A DNA stretch of 64,000 nucleotides, taken from the human T2T-CHM13v2.0 reference genome, Homo sapiens. Each line of letters starts with the position of its first letter. Positions within the stretch are counted from its first letter, which is position 1. The notes beneath the pieces are model-generated. The model was not told the DNA's origin. It saw only the letters and a list, made by a program, of their open reading frames with translations, and did not search any database. The DNA is taken from the NCBI RefSeq assembly GCF_009914755.1, contig NC_060938.1; one strand, written 5' to 3'. Made by a program: the position numbers and the translations under genes. Shown here one piece after another: positions 16,192 to 28,908 of this stretch.

Positions 16192-19100
16192 CCCATAGCC
16201 CACAGTGCTCACCTGTGTGTAAGACAGAGACAAGGACAGGTTGTGGCAGCCTCTCCAGTCCTACCGTGGTCACCACCTGGCACATTCCCGTTCTCTGTAC
16301 CCCACCAGTCTCTAGGGAATGCTCGGGAACACCCAGTTTCTGATGCACCCCACAGCAAGACCCCCAGTCTCTGTAGGACCAGCCCTGGCCAGTGACACTC
16401 CTGCATGCACTCACATCAGGGGCATATACATAAGCTCAGATCACACTGGGAGCAAAATTACCAGAATGAGAGGGTCACGTACAGTAGAAGACACCCTCCT
16501 CTCTTGCCTGGTTCTCAGGCGGACAGCCAGACTGCCAAACTCAAGGCTGAAGGTGGTTCTCTCCCAGCTCTTCTAGCCCAGGATTTTAAGAAGGTGAAAA
16601 GCCACTTTGACAGCAAGACTATTCAAGTGAACTAATTGTTAGCGCCAGCAGACTGCATGGTCAGAGCTTCCATGCTAGCTGGCAAGCTTTAGACAACCTG
16701 CCCCGATGGTGCAATCGGTCAGCGTGGCCAAGCTGATTCGTTCTACTTCATTCAGCTTAGATGGCCCCCATCATAGCTAGACTGGAGGGCTGCAGCAAGA
16801 GGCACTAAATGAACACGATGTCTGCTACAAAACCACCTCCCTGTTTTACATGAAACTAAATGCCTTTTACACGAGTTCCTCAAAAAGCAACTCAATTAAC
16901 TTCACTGGTGCAATTACATGAGGTGTGACGGGAAGAATATTCCCAGAAGCTTGCTTTAGTCCCAGCGAGTTTTAGGTAATGCTTAGTTGCCTAGAGAAAG
17001 GGGAAGACACTATTTCAACCTTTCAGACAGTGAGGTTTAAAGGAGCCACTGACTGGTTTATATGAATCATACAGCATCTCAGGGAACCTCCACTCACTAA
17101 AGCATCTCATCTCTTTATGCCTGGTTAACCTGTGTTCCGTCTCTCTCACCTACCCATACTCCAGGCTTTCCATTTTGCCACTGTCCTTAGGATCAGTAAA
17201 AACTTGGAGACGTCAATAACTGAGTCATTTTTGTTAAAAATATACATCATAAAATTCCAGGTAGCTCGTATTTTACTAATGAAATCTGTGTTTTTTTTTT
17301 TTTCCTTGCATGACAGTTCATTTTTAACGTGCTGGATTTTCCGATGAAAGCCTGAAACCTGCACATCTGAAGATGCCTTCGCCATGATGCAATGGATGCC
17401 AAACACGACATACACCCTTGGGACGGTGACCTCAGCCATCTGCAACAAGGCTCTCAGAACCAGTCCTTTGACTATAAAAAAAGCAGCAGCTTTCACTAAC
17501 CAAGCATCTTTAATCCAAGCCAAATTACAGAACTCTCTAACTTAGAGGTGATCGTCCGTACGGCAGATCATTACAACATGAAAAACGTAAGCTAAGATGT
17601 TGAACACAGCCAGAACTGAAAATAAAAGAGCTTTCTAAAACAAATCAATGTTGCTCTAGGTTGTGTTTGCTTTCTTTCCATAGACAGCTGTTCAAAACAT
17701 GACAAGCTACAACAGGGCCACGATCTTGCCAGGGGTTTCAGCAGAACTGGGTGGACACAGAAGATAAATGTGAACAGCTCTGCCATACAGCTCAGTTTTT
17801 ACTGGGGCCACTCATTAAAGTAAAGCAACATGGCACAATTTTGGTCCAGGTTCCTGGTCTTGGACAGGTCTCTTCTCCTAATTATCAGTTTTTCTGTTAC
17901 TAAGGTGCTGCAGGCTCTGGCTGTCTTCCCAGGATTGGTCTGTTGGGTTAACTAATCACTATGTAAATGTTTTCAAAATAAGTTGAGAGTGTTATATAAA
18001 CATCAAAGCCTCAGAAAAGAAACACCAAGTTGTTATGCAAAGCCACAGGAGTTAAGAATTTAGACAAGGCCAACACTTCGCTAACAAGATTCACTTAGAG
18101 TCCACCAGTTAATTGTCAACTAAGATCTGCTGAGAATCCCCAAGGTGCTCCAGGATTTTCAGTGTTGCGGTAGCTCTTAGTCTCACTCTGAGTTTTACAG
18201 TCCCCTGGGCTGTTATCTGACCGACCTCATAAAAGCAAGACTCTTCTTTTGCTTGATTTTGCATATATGTTTAAAAACTCAAAAGCGAAAGAATTCTAAC
18301 ACTTCCCTTTTTAAAAATTATTTTTAAGGGGCGGGGATTTGTCCATCTTAAACCAATGAAAGAGAGGAATAAAACACTGATGTACTGAGAAGCCCTGATC
18401 TTATCCACGGTGTCGAATTTGATATACTATCATGCCCCACTCTTTGGGAGGTCATTGGATTTTCACTAAATCAAACCTCTTTCATTTTATGGCAGCTTTC
18501 TTTTCTTTATCTCTTTATTTCATCTCCTTCCTTCTCAAAACACTGTGCTTGACTGAAGGGGAGACAAGCACCACCCCTGTGGAACAAATGCTCACGCTGA
18601 AACATCCAGGAGATGTTACGCATGGTGACAAGTTGTCAGTGCTCATCTGGCACAGAAGGCATTTTTACTGGTTGATATTATTTCCCAAATGTTCATCAGT
18701 AATTTCATGTGCAAGAATTTTTTTCTCCCCACTTGGCAGAAAGTTCTTTAATGGTAAGATCCACGCTCCTATTTCTTTTATATCTTCCCCCAAATGCATA
18801 CTACAGTCAGTCTGTTCTTCATGCCAGGGATTTGGTAAATATCATGGATTGACTTCCTGTATGGATCACTCCTTGAGAGGAAACGTACCCTAAATGAGGT
18901 CTACAGAAATGGGCATATGAAAATTTTGGAATGCCCATCTCATCCACCTACACACCTCCACTTCCCCCATCCCACCCTTTCTCAAAGGCATTTTCAGCCT
19001 CCTAAGCAAGAAGTAGAAAGCCAACACCAACTGCCAATCTGTACCATGCAGCGCTGTCTGAAGTTTAATTCAATAGGCTAGTAATTAAGTAAATGGATTC

Positions 19101-20827
19101 ACAAACTTCGACTGCATTGTCTTGCTATGGGATGAAACTTTGGAGGAGAATCTATACTAAAACCTTTCTCAAGTCCCCTCGATTACAGCATGAGAATAAC
19201 AATATCCATCTGGAAGGTTTGTTCTGAGAGTTAAATGTGGCAAGCAAGCGAGAGTGGCTAATTCCAGAGAAAGCTGATACAAGAGGGAATTTAAGATAAC
19301 CAAAAGAATACCTGCAGCTACAAAGGAGTGGTAAACTGAAGAGGAGGTAACAAGTGAATTATCTACAGATCTACCTCCAAAGAAGCAAAGCAGGAGATGT
19401 GAAATGCTATAGAACAGACTGAGAATGGGCAGGGAGTGTACTATGTATATAAACATCATTATATAACTAAATGATAATGGCAGCAGGTAATGTTCAGAGC
19501 TTCCTCTATCTTTAAAAGCAGGTTATTGATAAATTTAATGTCAAATAAAAGCAGAAAGCTGCACTGTAACTGGGAATTACTTCTGAACATTTACTATGAG
19601 TCTGGCCTAAACTAAGTACTTTATGTATATCATCTCATTTAATCCTCCCAAATCTTAGAAGTGGATCTTCTCATTTTCCCACGCAAGATGTAGAAATTGG
19701 GGCTTGGCAAAATTAAGCCACTGTCCAAGGAGACAGCATTAATCTCCTTGAACAAAATGGGGGTGGAGCCAAGATTTGCACTCTAGTGTGACACTGAATT
19801 ATATTATCCCTCAATCCTACACATGCACACAGAACACATGAATGAGACCTCTGAAATGATGCCATTGGCAAACCACTTATCTCCACCTTTATGTGTTAGC
19901 CAGTTGAACAGTACTAAGCAGTAGAAATCCCCACACAACACTCCATGGCCACAAACTTTTCCAAATTGGAATTGAGAAGCAGAGTTCCTTCCTTCCTACC
20001 TCCCTTGATCCATTTATTGAATAATTATAGCCTACAAGGCACCAGGGATATACAGATAGAATACACATTCCCTTTTTTTTCTAAAGCAGCTTTGGGATTT
20101 AGGGCATGAAAGAAAGAAATTCTTATATAAAAATGATCATGAAGTGTCCCATGTCTTCAATAATGGGCATTGCCCAGGAATTGGTAATTCGTAAATGACT
20201 TCCCCTGAATAAACACTTAAGTATGTATAATCTGTGCAATCCAGTGCTTTTCAGGGTCAGATCCTAACTGGTACCCACCAGAGGCAGGAGTCTTACTCAG
20301 AGATTAAGAAAGTTACATTTTGAGCGAGAAATTCTACTTCAAATTGCAAAGAAGAGCTCCAGTGTTACGAAGCCTGCCATAATAAACCTGGGCCTCTCCT
20401 CACCATCTACCTTTCCAGTCAAATTGTCAGAAGGCTTTATGACTCTTTCGGAATGAAAGAACCAGTATGGGCAATATTTTGGAGTTCTAACTGGGGATGG
20501 TTAAATAAGAAGCAGATGCACAGAACCATTAATCAAAACATTTACCACTCAATAACCACCCATAATGACAATTATTCTGAGCATTTTCCTTCCAAATAAC
20601 TCAAAATAAGGCTGCCAAAATGCTGCCGACTCTGACAGTGGTGTTCATTACCCCAGCTGATGAAATCACAGTGCCAAATAGGACTGCAAACTAAATAGGT
20701 GGAGGTGTGGCTAGAATCATGAGTGGACATGTGGATTTATGAACTTTTCAGTGTTCAACCAAGGTACAGAAAGGAGCTTGTAACAATGACACCCCAGCTA
20801 AAGGGGACGTCTGTTCTGGGCCAGAGG

Positions 20828-20886
20828 GAGTGAAAAAGGGACAAAGTCTGGCGAGTGAAAAGGGGACAAAGTCTGGCAAGTGAAAA
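20828..20886. repeat. 25-bp tandem repeat, ~2.4 copies
   Basis: Units of GAGTGAAAA(A/G)GGGACAAAGTCTGGC. Confidence 0.85.
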
Positions 20887-21558
20887 CCAAGTAATAAATA
20901 TGCACAATGCTAGAGCCCCTAGCCCAGGCCTTTTATTTCGCATCCAGATGGTTCAGCAGCTGAAGAGCTCTGCGGAATGTCTGCATGCCCCTCTCGGCTC
21001 AGCTGCTTTCCTTGAGAGGGCATCATAATAGATGCTTTTGGACCTGTGTGCAGACATAGCTGTTGGGGGTCCACAGACTAGGCAGTGACCACCAGTGACT
21101 CATTTACTTACTCTACAGCTGACGTGATGAACACCGACAAACCCCACTTGGGCAAAGCTCTCCATTTATGCCTTTAGCTTTCACCATTTGGCAAGTCGGA
21201 GCCTAATAACGCCAATGATCAAATTAAAGTGCTCTTTTTCTTCTTTCTTTTCTGCAAATACTTTAATTGGCTGCACAGATTTTCAGGCTCACCATATTGG
21301 ACTACTTTCAGTATAAAAGGAAAGAGTGACAAGGATAAATTCAAGTTTAGTAAAAGCTCAATAGAAAAAGCAGTTGCAGCCATTTACGAGTTTATATAGG
21401 AGAATACTTCCGCCAAAAACCAGTGCTGCTTAGCAGCAAACTGATTACTGTCAGAATGCCTCCTCTCTGCTCAGTGTCTCACTTCTAGCTGGATACCAAA
21501 AGCACAACAATATCACTGTGAATGAAATCATGATACAAAAATATAACACGAAAGCTTA

Positions 21559-22008
<450 letters not shown>

Positions 22009-24597
22009 TTACTATCCTGAAGGATGTAATAAACCCATGCTTTTGTTCAACCTAATAACTGGTAGATTACCCAATCAAGTAGTTAACTCAGGTTAGCTAC
22101 AGGAAAAAAAAAACAAAAAACAAAAAACACAACAACAAAAAAACGCCATTAGCCTGGCACAATGTGCATTCAATAACCTGTAATCAACTACTAAGTAAAT
22201 TACAGAAGCAGAAAACAGAGCTGCATGTTTGTTACAAAAAAAAAAAAAAAAGGAGAAAGCTTATAACAACTTCCACTTCTTAAGCCATATTGACTCACAT
22301 TAATTTAGGATGCCTGAGGCTATGAGTATGGTACCCTGAGGTGTAAGTGAAGGTGATCTTCTCTTCTCACGTCTATGAACAATATTTTCCCAACTTTGTT
22401 TTTAAAGTGAGAATTAGGGTATAGATAGATGCTTTGTAATTTTTCCATCCAAAAGCTTGAATAAATGGTTAATTGCTGACTTAAATTGCAATAAAGAAGT
22501 GTCCTAATTTCAAACAAGGATGCTCACTTTCAGAATCTCATAATCTTTTCAAAATTCTATTTTATTCATAAATAGGATAAAAATCTTTTTGCAAGCTTCA
22601 CTAAGTCTCTCCATAAGCCCCTGCCCAACAGATGCAAGTTCAATAGCTAGAATTCAAACCAGATAATTTATTGGCTTACAAATGAATTGGCATCTATAAA
22701 AATAAGCCTTCTAAAAAGGCTTCACGCTGTTTAAATCCTTCTAAAATGCTCTGGCTAAGCTTGCCCACCCTTTATCAATGTAAGACTGATAAAATGCATT
22801 TTCATTATCAACATAAAATGGAAGCATCAAGATAGTTGAAATGTTAGTTTAGAAAGTCATTTGCAGTGACATTTAAAACAATTTATTTGAACATTTGACT
22901 CATGATAAGAATACTGCCTATTACATTAAGATTGGCTGTTCAGAATTCACTGGAGCCCTATTCTCCCCCTCTGTGACAGTTAACATCTTTTGATATTAAG
23001 GGTCATTACACATCTAAAATGAAAAAGAAATAAGAAAAAAGAACCCCACGCCATTCTGAGCAAGTGCCTATTAAAATGACTGATCCTTGACATTTTAATG
23101 CAGACTGTATGATGGCTTCCTCTCTATTGCCCCCTGTGAAGCCTTTCCCTGTATTGGTAATAACTTTGCCGATGTCCAACCCTGTGGAACATTCATCCTA
23201 CCTTTTCCCCACTCTGCAGAATGCTTCCCTCTAAAGAATCACCAGAGAACAGGGAAAATAAACAAATCTGCAAACAAATTCCCGGGCAGTTCACATCACC
23301 TCCCAAAGGACACTGACAATAGCTGAAGAGACCACAACACACAAACTCGTTTTTCAGCCAGCCTGTAATGTTCCTCCTATACACACTCTGGAAATCCTCA
23401 GCTCCCTTCAACTCCGGAGCAAGAGCCACCAATATTCCAGGTCAGCCACCTATATAATATGCTCACCACGAGAGAAGACTCAAGGTAAAATTAAACTGAC
23501 AGAAAAAAGGAATTTTCCTTGTTAGATCATCAAGCCTCCGGAATCATGCAAACATGTGTGTATGTTATGGTGTTTACGGGGACCTAACTGAGAAACGTCG
23601 TGGTTCCAGGGGCTTCCCTCATGTGTCAGGATGGACTTTATCAGGATTCTCATCCTACAAAGCTACCATGTCAGTCACAAAAGACAACTACGCAATCTGT
23701 TTCGATGTAATAAATTCAGGAGTTGAGCTGTATGGCAAGCCCATCTTAGAAGTCCTCAACACCAGGAGAGGATCTGTCCTAGTTAGGAGCAGAAAGCAGA
23801 TCTCATAATATCCAAGTTGTCTGGAAACATGATATATGGTAGGGCAGTCTTTCCAGCTCCCATTTTGTTGGTGCCTTCACCTCGGGTTGTCAGGGCTGGG
23901 GTTAGGGAAATTGCCTCTTTCCGTCTCTATCTCTTTTAACTTCGCAGCGAGAGCTGGAAGCAGTGACTGTTCCCATCACCTAGTGTCCTTCTGTCAGGGG
24001 CCGCTTCGGTAGCTACAGAAGCCTAGCCGCTGGAAGCTTCCTTCCCCGACACTCCATACCTCCATGCCACACCTTTTAGGCAATAACCAAATGTCATTTT
24101 GTTCTTTCCCCTTCTCCTGGGCATTATACTGGGAAACTGTTTACGCGCATCGACCCCGCACACCTCCAAAAATCTCCACTTTCCGGGCTCCAAGCAGCTC
24201 TCCGCTACTCAGACAGCCCAGGCTAACACCTCGGATTTCCCCATGCAGTTTCCTCTGCAGCGTCTCAATCACAAGGCTGTACGGGCGGCACATGCCAACG
24301 GAACCACCACCCCTTCTGCTCCCTCGGGGACTCAAGCCTGCTCTCGGTCAAAGCACAGAAGCGGCTTTCAGCTCCGGGCAGGCGGCCGGGGCGTCGGGGG
24401 TACTGGAAGTGCCCAAACCCAGCGGTGCTGCCGCGCGGGGAAGCGGAGGTGCGGCCGCAGGACAAGCGCGCCTCCCAAGTCCCTGGCCACCTGCGATGCG
24501 TCCTCAACTCGCCTGCCCATCGCCACTACCAGAAACCTCAGACAGCCCATTGTGTGGGCAGGCAGCGCGCTCCCCCGGCCCCGCCGCCCTCGCCTAC

Positions 24598-24651
24598 CTT
24601 CTGTCGGTCTCTCCGGAGCGCCCGCACAGCCGGCAGCCCGCCTCCAGCGCT
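24598..24651 (-). other. NIN: NIN non-coding exon 2 (54 nt, 5'UTR)
   Basis: Branch point CTAAC (24680-24676), pyrimidine tract cctccttcgctttgcAG, donor AAG|GTAGGC at 24597. Confidence 0.75.
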
Positions 24652-25140
24652 CTGCAAAGCGAAGGAGGACGCTTTGTTAGGGCTGGAGAAACGGGACAAT
24701 ACTTCGCAGCCGGCGCAGCGGTTCCGGGCGGGCGTCCTTCAAAAGGACGCGAATGGGGACCCGCGTGAGCGTCATTTCCATATGTAAGGGGCCAGCTCTT
24801 ACAAAAGCGCGGCTCTCGGGGGCCGCGGGCTGCAGCGCGCATCCTCCCCGCCCCCGCCGGCCCGCCCCCCGCCCGCGCAGCCCGCGCCTCCGGGACCGGC
24901 CCCTCCTCCCGCCTCCGAAGCAGCCCCGTCCCCGCCTCGTCCTCCCGCCCGGCCGCTGCTTCCTCCCGGCCCGCAGGGATTGCGCCCCGCTGGCCCCGGA
25001 CCCCAAATGGGAAGCCCCCGAGTGATCCGGTGCCCAGTTCGCTCCGGGCTCTCAGGGCCTCGCCGACGGCGCGGGGGCAGCGCGAGGCCTCCGTGCACCC
25101 CCAGGCCGTGGGTCCGGGTCCCCGGGGTTGCGCCACTTAC

Positions 25141-25260
25141 TGCGTCCCGGGGCTCAGGCGCCCGGCGCCGCCGCGGGAACCATGGCCGCTGGCGCACTCC
25201 GGGCTTGGCGGCGGCAGCGGGACGGCCGCGCCCAGCGCGCTCGGCTCCCGGCTCGGCCGC
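25141..25260 (-). other. NIN: NIN candidate first exon 1a (5' end approximate)
   Basis: Donor GCA|GTAAGT at 25140 in the core of the CpG island. The TSS cannot be defined from sequence alone. Confidence 0.7.
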
Positions 25261-25592
25261 GGCCACCCGGAGCTCTGGACGCCGGGGAGGAAGGGCCGGG
25301 CCCGCGCGGGGAGGAGGAGTCAGGGCGACGCCGGCCCCGGCGCGGCTCCTCCTCTGCGGCCCGCGCGGCTCCGGCAGCGGAGGGAGGAGCGGGCGGCGCC
25401 GCCTGAGCCCTCGCAGACGCGCCCTCCCGCTCCGAGCGCCCGCCTCCGAGATCTGAAGTTAGAAACGCCGGGGCTCCGGGTGCGGGTGTAGGAGGCTGGC
25501 GCCCCGAGGTCGCCACCGAGCTGGGGCTGGCGCTGCCACCCTCGCCCCTTGCCTGTCCGCCTCCCTTTCTTTCCCAACACGCCTACACTCAC

Positions 25593-25645
25593 CCGCACCG
25601 CGGACACTCGGGCCGCAGCGTCTTCGCGCAGAGGAAGGGCCCCCG
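25593..25645 (-). other. NIN: NIN candidate alternative first exon 1b (5' end approximate)
   Basis: Strong donor CGG|GTGAGT at 25592, just downstream of a GC box, a TTAAA element and CCAAT boxes. Confidence 0.55.
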
Positions 25646-25714
25646 CCTTCAGCAAGCGGGACTTTAAGGGGGTGATTTCCCAGCCCTCGGGTGTCGATTG
25701 GCCATCAACATTGG
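25640..25714 (-). promoter_or_regulatory. Core promoter motifs: GC box, TTAAA element, two CCAAT boxes
   Basis: CCCCGCC at ~25641, TTTAA at 25663-25667, ATTGG at 25697-25701 and 25710-25714 (CCAAT on the NIN strand). Confidence 0.5.
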
Positions 25715-26369
25715 AAAGGGTGTTCAGGAGGCAGAAGGGCTGTAGAAGTGACTCGGAACCCTGTAGAGCGAGCGCGACCCTCCTGCCGGGTCTACACTGG
25801 CTTCCGCACCTGCCCACCACGTCCTCACAGGCTCCCGCCCCTGTGCAGCCTTCTCCGGGTGAAGCTAACCCTCGGTCGCAAGCCACACAGGACGAAAACT
25901 CCTTGGAGTTGGTGGTTCCCAGCCCAACAGTTGCTCGATATTAATCGCCTCCTACCTACTACCCCAGAGTCTGCGTTCTCACTCCCCCATCCCTACACTT
26001 CTGATCTCATTGCAGTCAAATAGGATCCCAAGTCCAGGCCATGGTTCTTTTTGAGCTGCAGGGTTAAATGTGTTGCCCTTGAAGGATCCGCCTGATGGAT
26101 TACAACCCACAAGTCTGGTTATTTTAGCAGGAAACTGGTGATTCCTTTTCTACCGAGAAAGCAAGCAACAGACAAGAGGAAACCAGCATTCCTTGAGAAT
26201 CCAGTGCGCTAGAAACTCGACAGAAATTATCTTATCTAATTCTCACATCACTCTTAGGAGGCAGACATTATTTTGCAGATGAGGAAAATGGATCTCCCAG
26301 AAGTCAAAGAGCTTCCTCAGGATCACACAGCAGGAACTCCACAGAACTGAGATTCAAAAGCAGATCACA

Positions 26370-26600
26370 TATGTGGCAAAATTGCATAGAACTGAATATA
26401 CACTCACAAATGAGAGCACGTGAAACTCATGAAATTTGAATAAGACATTTGGACTACACTAATGTCCATTTACTGATTGTAATATTGTTCTACAGTTATG
26501 CAAAATGTTACCATTGAGAAAAATTAAGTGAAGCGTCTATAGGGAATCTCTCTATTATTCCTTACAACTTCAAGCGAATTTACAGTTACCTCAAAAAATT
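26370..26600 (+). mobile_element. Old L1M 3'UTR fragment
   Basis: Typical L1MC/MD 3' end: gttatgcaaaatgttaccattg...cttacaact. Confidence 0.6.
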
Positions 26601-27784
26601 TTTTTAAAAATTTTAAACATCTCAGTCTTATTCAAAAGCCCAGGCTCTCTTCTTTCAACACGGTATATAAGCGTGCCTGCAGAATAAGAGAGATTTATGC
26701 TCCTCTCTCCTTTTTAAACAGTCTTGAATAAGTACACATACACACACAAACACACACTCATACACTGTATGCATGGTTGTTCAGTCATCCAGTAATATGA
26801 TACAACACACACACACACACACGCAGTTCATTAAGAGGATAGCTAACCTGTTACCAGAATACTTACATAGAGGTCATCTTGTAAGACAGACAATAATGCT
26901 CACTGGGCACTAAAACAGCCAACAGTCTTGGAAGGTAAGAATGAAGAGGTGTCTTTCTTGTTTCACCTAATCTCTGCCATGGAAGCCTCATCCTACTGGT
27001 TACCTCTCCAAGCATCGCTTTTTAACCTGCAAGAATCCTTAAGGATGATATTGATCATTAGTTTAAAACAGTGATTCCTGGGGGTCAGGGGATATTGGAA
27101 GTGGCATTCACTCCCTGTGCAGGAAGATCAGAATTGCTGGGGGTTGTGTAATTTGAAAAACACAAGATGCGCTTTCTTGAGAGGAGTAAGTGGGGTGGAG
27201 TTAGCCCTGGGACTGGGAACTGGGATCACCTCCAGCCTTGCTACAAAGGAGGGAAAGCATGGAGCATGGTTACCGCGTGGTGTGGGTTGGCAAGAGCAAC
27301 TCTACCAAGAAAGATGATTTATTTAACACAATGGGCCTGCAGTTTGGTTTGCACTGAGCACATGGTTAGTCTTAGTCCAAACTGGAGTCATGGGAAAAAA
27401 AAAAGCAGAGACTTCCTTTAGAGCCCATTACTTGATCTTTTCTCTGTTAAACACAAAATAACAGCAGAAGTAGCAACCAGGCTCCAGTTCTACATTATAA
27501 CCAATATAAGAGAGAAAAGAAGAAATGTAAATATTTATTCAGAGTTATCACCCTTTACAAACAAAACTTCACTCTTATCTGTTGCAGCTTATCTGACTCT
27601 GATTTTTACTCTCACTTTACAAAGAACCTTGTTCAAGGACCTAGGATCCTTGAAGTATTTGTACGTGAAGTTTTTGAAGGGTTTTCTGCCATATTTCACA
27701 GTACGGAACTGGCTTTCTCAGATGGTTAAAGCTCTAAAACGTTAACTAAAGAATAATCCAGGGAAGAGAAAGTTACTCTTTGTT

Positions 27785-28110
27785 TCTTTTCTTTCTTTTT
27801 ATTTATTTATTTATTTATTTTTTGAGATGGAGTCTTACTGTGTCGCCCAGGCTGGAGTGCAGTGGTGCAGTCTTGTCTCACTGAAACCTCCACCTCCTGG
27901 CCTCCTGGGTTCAAGCGATTCTTCTGACTCATCCTCCCAAGTAGCTGGGATTACAGATGTGCACAACCACATCTGGCTAATTTTTGAATTTTTAGTAGAG
28001 ACAAGGTTTCACCATGTTGGTCAAGCTGGTCTTGAATTCCTGACCTCAAGTGATCCTGCCTCGGCCTCCCAAAGTGCTGGGATTACAGGCGTGAGCCACC
28101 ACGCCTGGCC
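27785..28110 (-). mobile_element. AluS
   Basis: Antisense dimer with (TTTA)n tail; TSD TACTCTTTGTTTCTT. Confidence 0.93.
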
Positions 28111-28908
28111 TACTCTTTGTTTCTTCTTGAAGTAATTTTGAAATTATCAGTTTAGAGTCAAGACGACAAATGAGAGAGAGAGAGAAAAAGAGAGAGAAAA
28201 AGTCAGGCTTTGTAAATTTCCTGGAACCTGAAAAGTTATTTTTTTTTTTCTTAGCCAAAAAAAGGCTCTAACCAAACATAGTCTACCCTCTCCCAACTCA
28301 CAGTTGGGTATAAACTATTTTTTATTCACAGAATAGTCAAACAGCGTGTCACTCATGTAGCAACTCCTGGCTCCTTCTAAACTTCTTTAATCGATATCTT
28401 TCTTATTTCTGTGACCATTTGAACTCAGCAGGACAGTTTTCAGGCAAGTTGCAGAGCTGTGTCAAAGACAGCCAGATTGTTAAAGTAGATGATCAGTTAT
28501 AGTTTGGCCCAGGAACTCACTCGGTGAAAGAAAGGGACATCAATGATCTCCCCAAGGCCCTAAGGAAAATGAATGAGGAAAGGAAAAAGGGAGAAATTTG
28601 AGTTCCAGACATACAAGTCAGGGACTTAAGAGTTCCAGCAGCAAAATGTTGGTGGTTAAGAACCCAGGAAGAAAGAGGAAAAGTATAGGAAAGGGAAGGG
28701 AAGGTGACAGAAGGCAAACTGATTTACACTTTTGCCCCTGGGGGACACCTATTAGAAATTAGGATTCTCTATTCATTTTCCTTATGAAGAAAATGAAAGA
28801 AGAGGAAACCAGGATTCCATACAATTTATTTTTTTAAAGTAAGCATTGATTGCCTACCCTGTGCCTAATACTGTCCTGAAAGTCACACAATGTTCAAAAT
28901 AAACATCA

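Larger units (their letters stand above)
24140..25900. promoter_or_regulatory. NIN: CpG island / NIN promoter
   Basis: Very high GC and CpG density with many GGGCGG boxes; contains the first-exon donors. Confidence 0.93.

Noticed and set aside
15910-16233. The 107-aa ORF-track call taken as the true CDS
   Set aside because: Its ends are intronic read-through; splice sites limit the coding part to 16009-16191.
18432-18893. 153-aa plus-strand ORF antisense in the NIN intron
   Set aside because: No recognisable homology, splice structure or promoter; consistent with chance.
20274-20290. CTCF-like CCACCAGAGGCAG
   Set aside because: One base short of the core consensus spacing; not supportable from sequence alone.
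20828-20886. Short direct repeats as a CRISPR-like array
   Set aside because: The units are contiguous with no spacers, and the context is eukaryotic; this is a simple minisatellite.
24064-26023. Many long overlapping ORFs (up to 234 aa) on both strands
   Set aside because: Expected in a GC-rich CpG island where stop codons are rare; the translations are Ala/Arg/Gly/Pro-rich with no recognisable domain.
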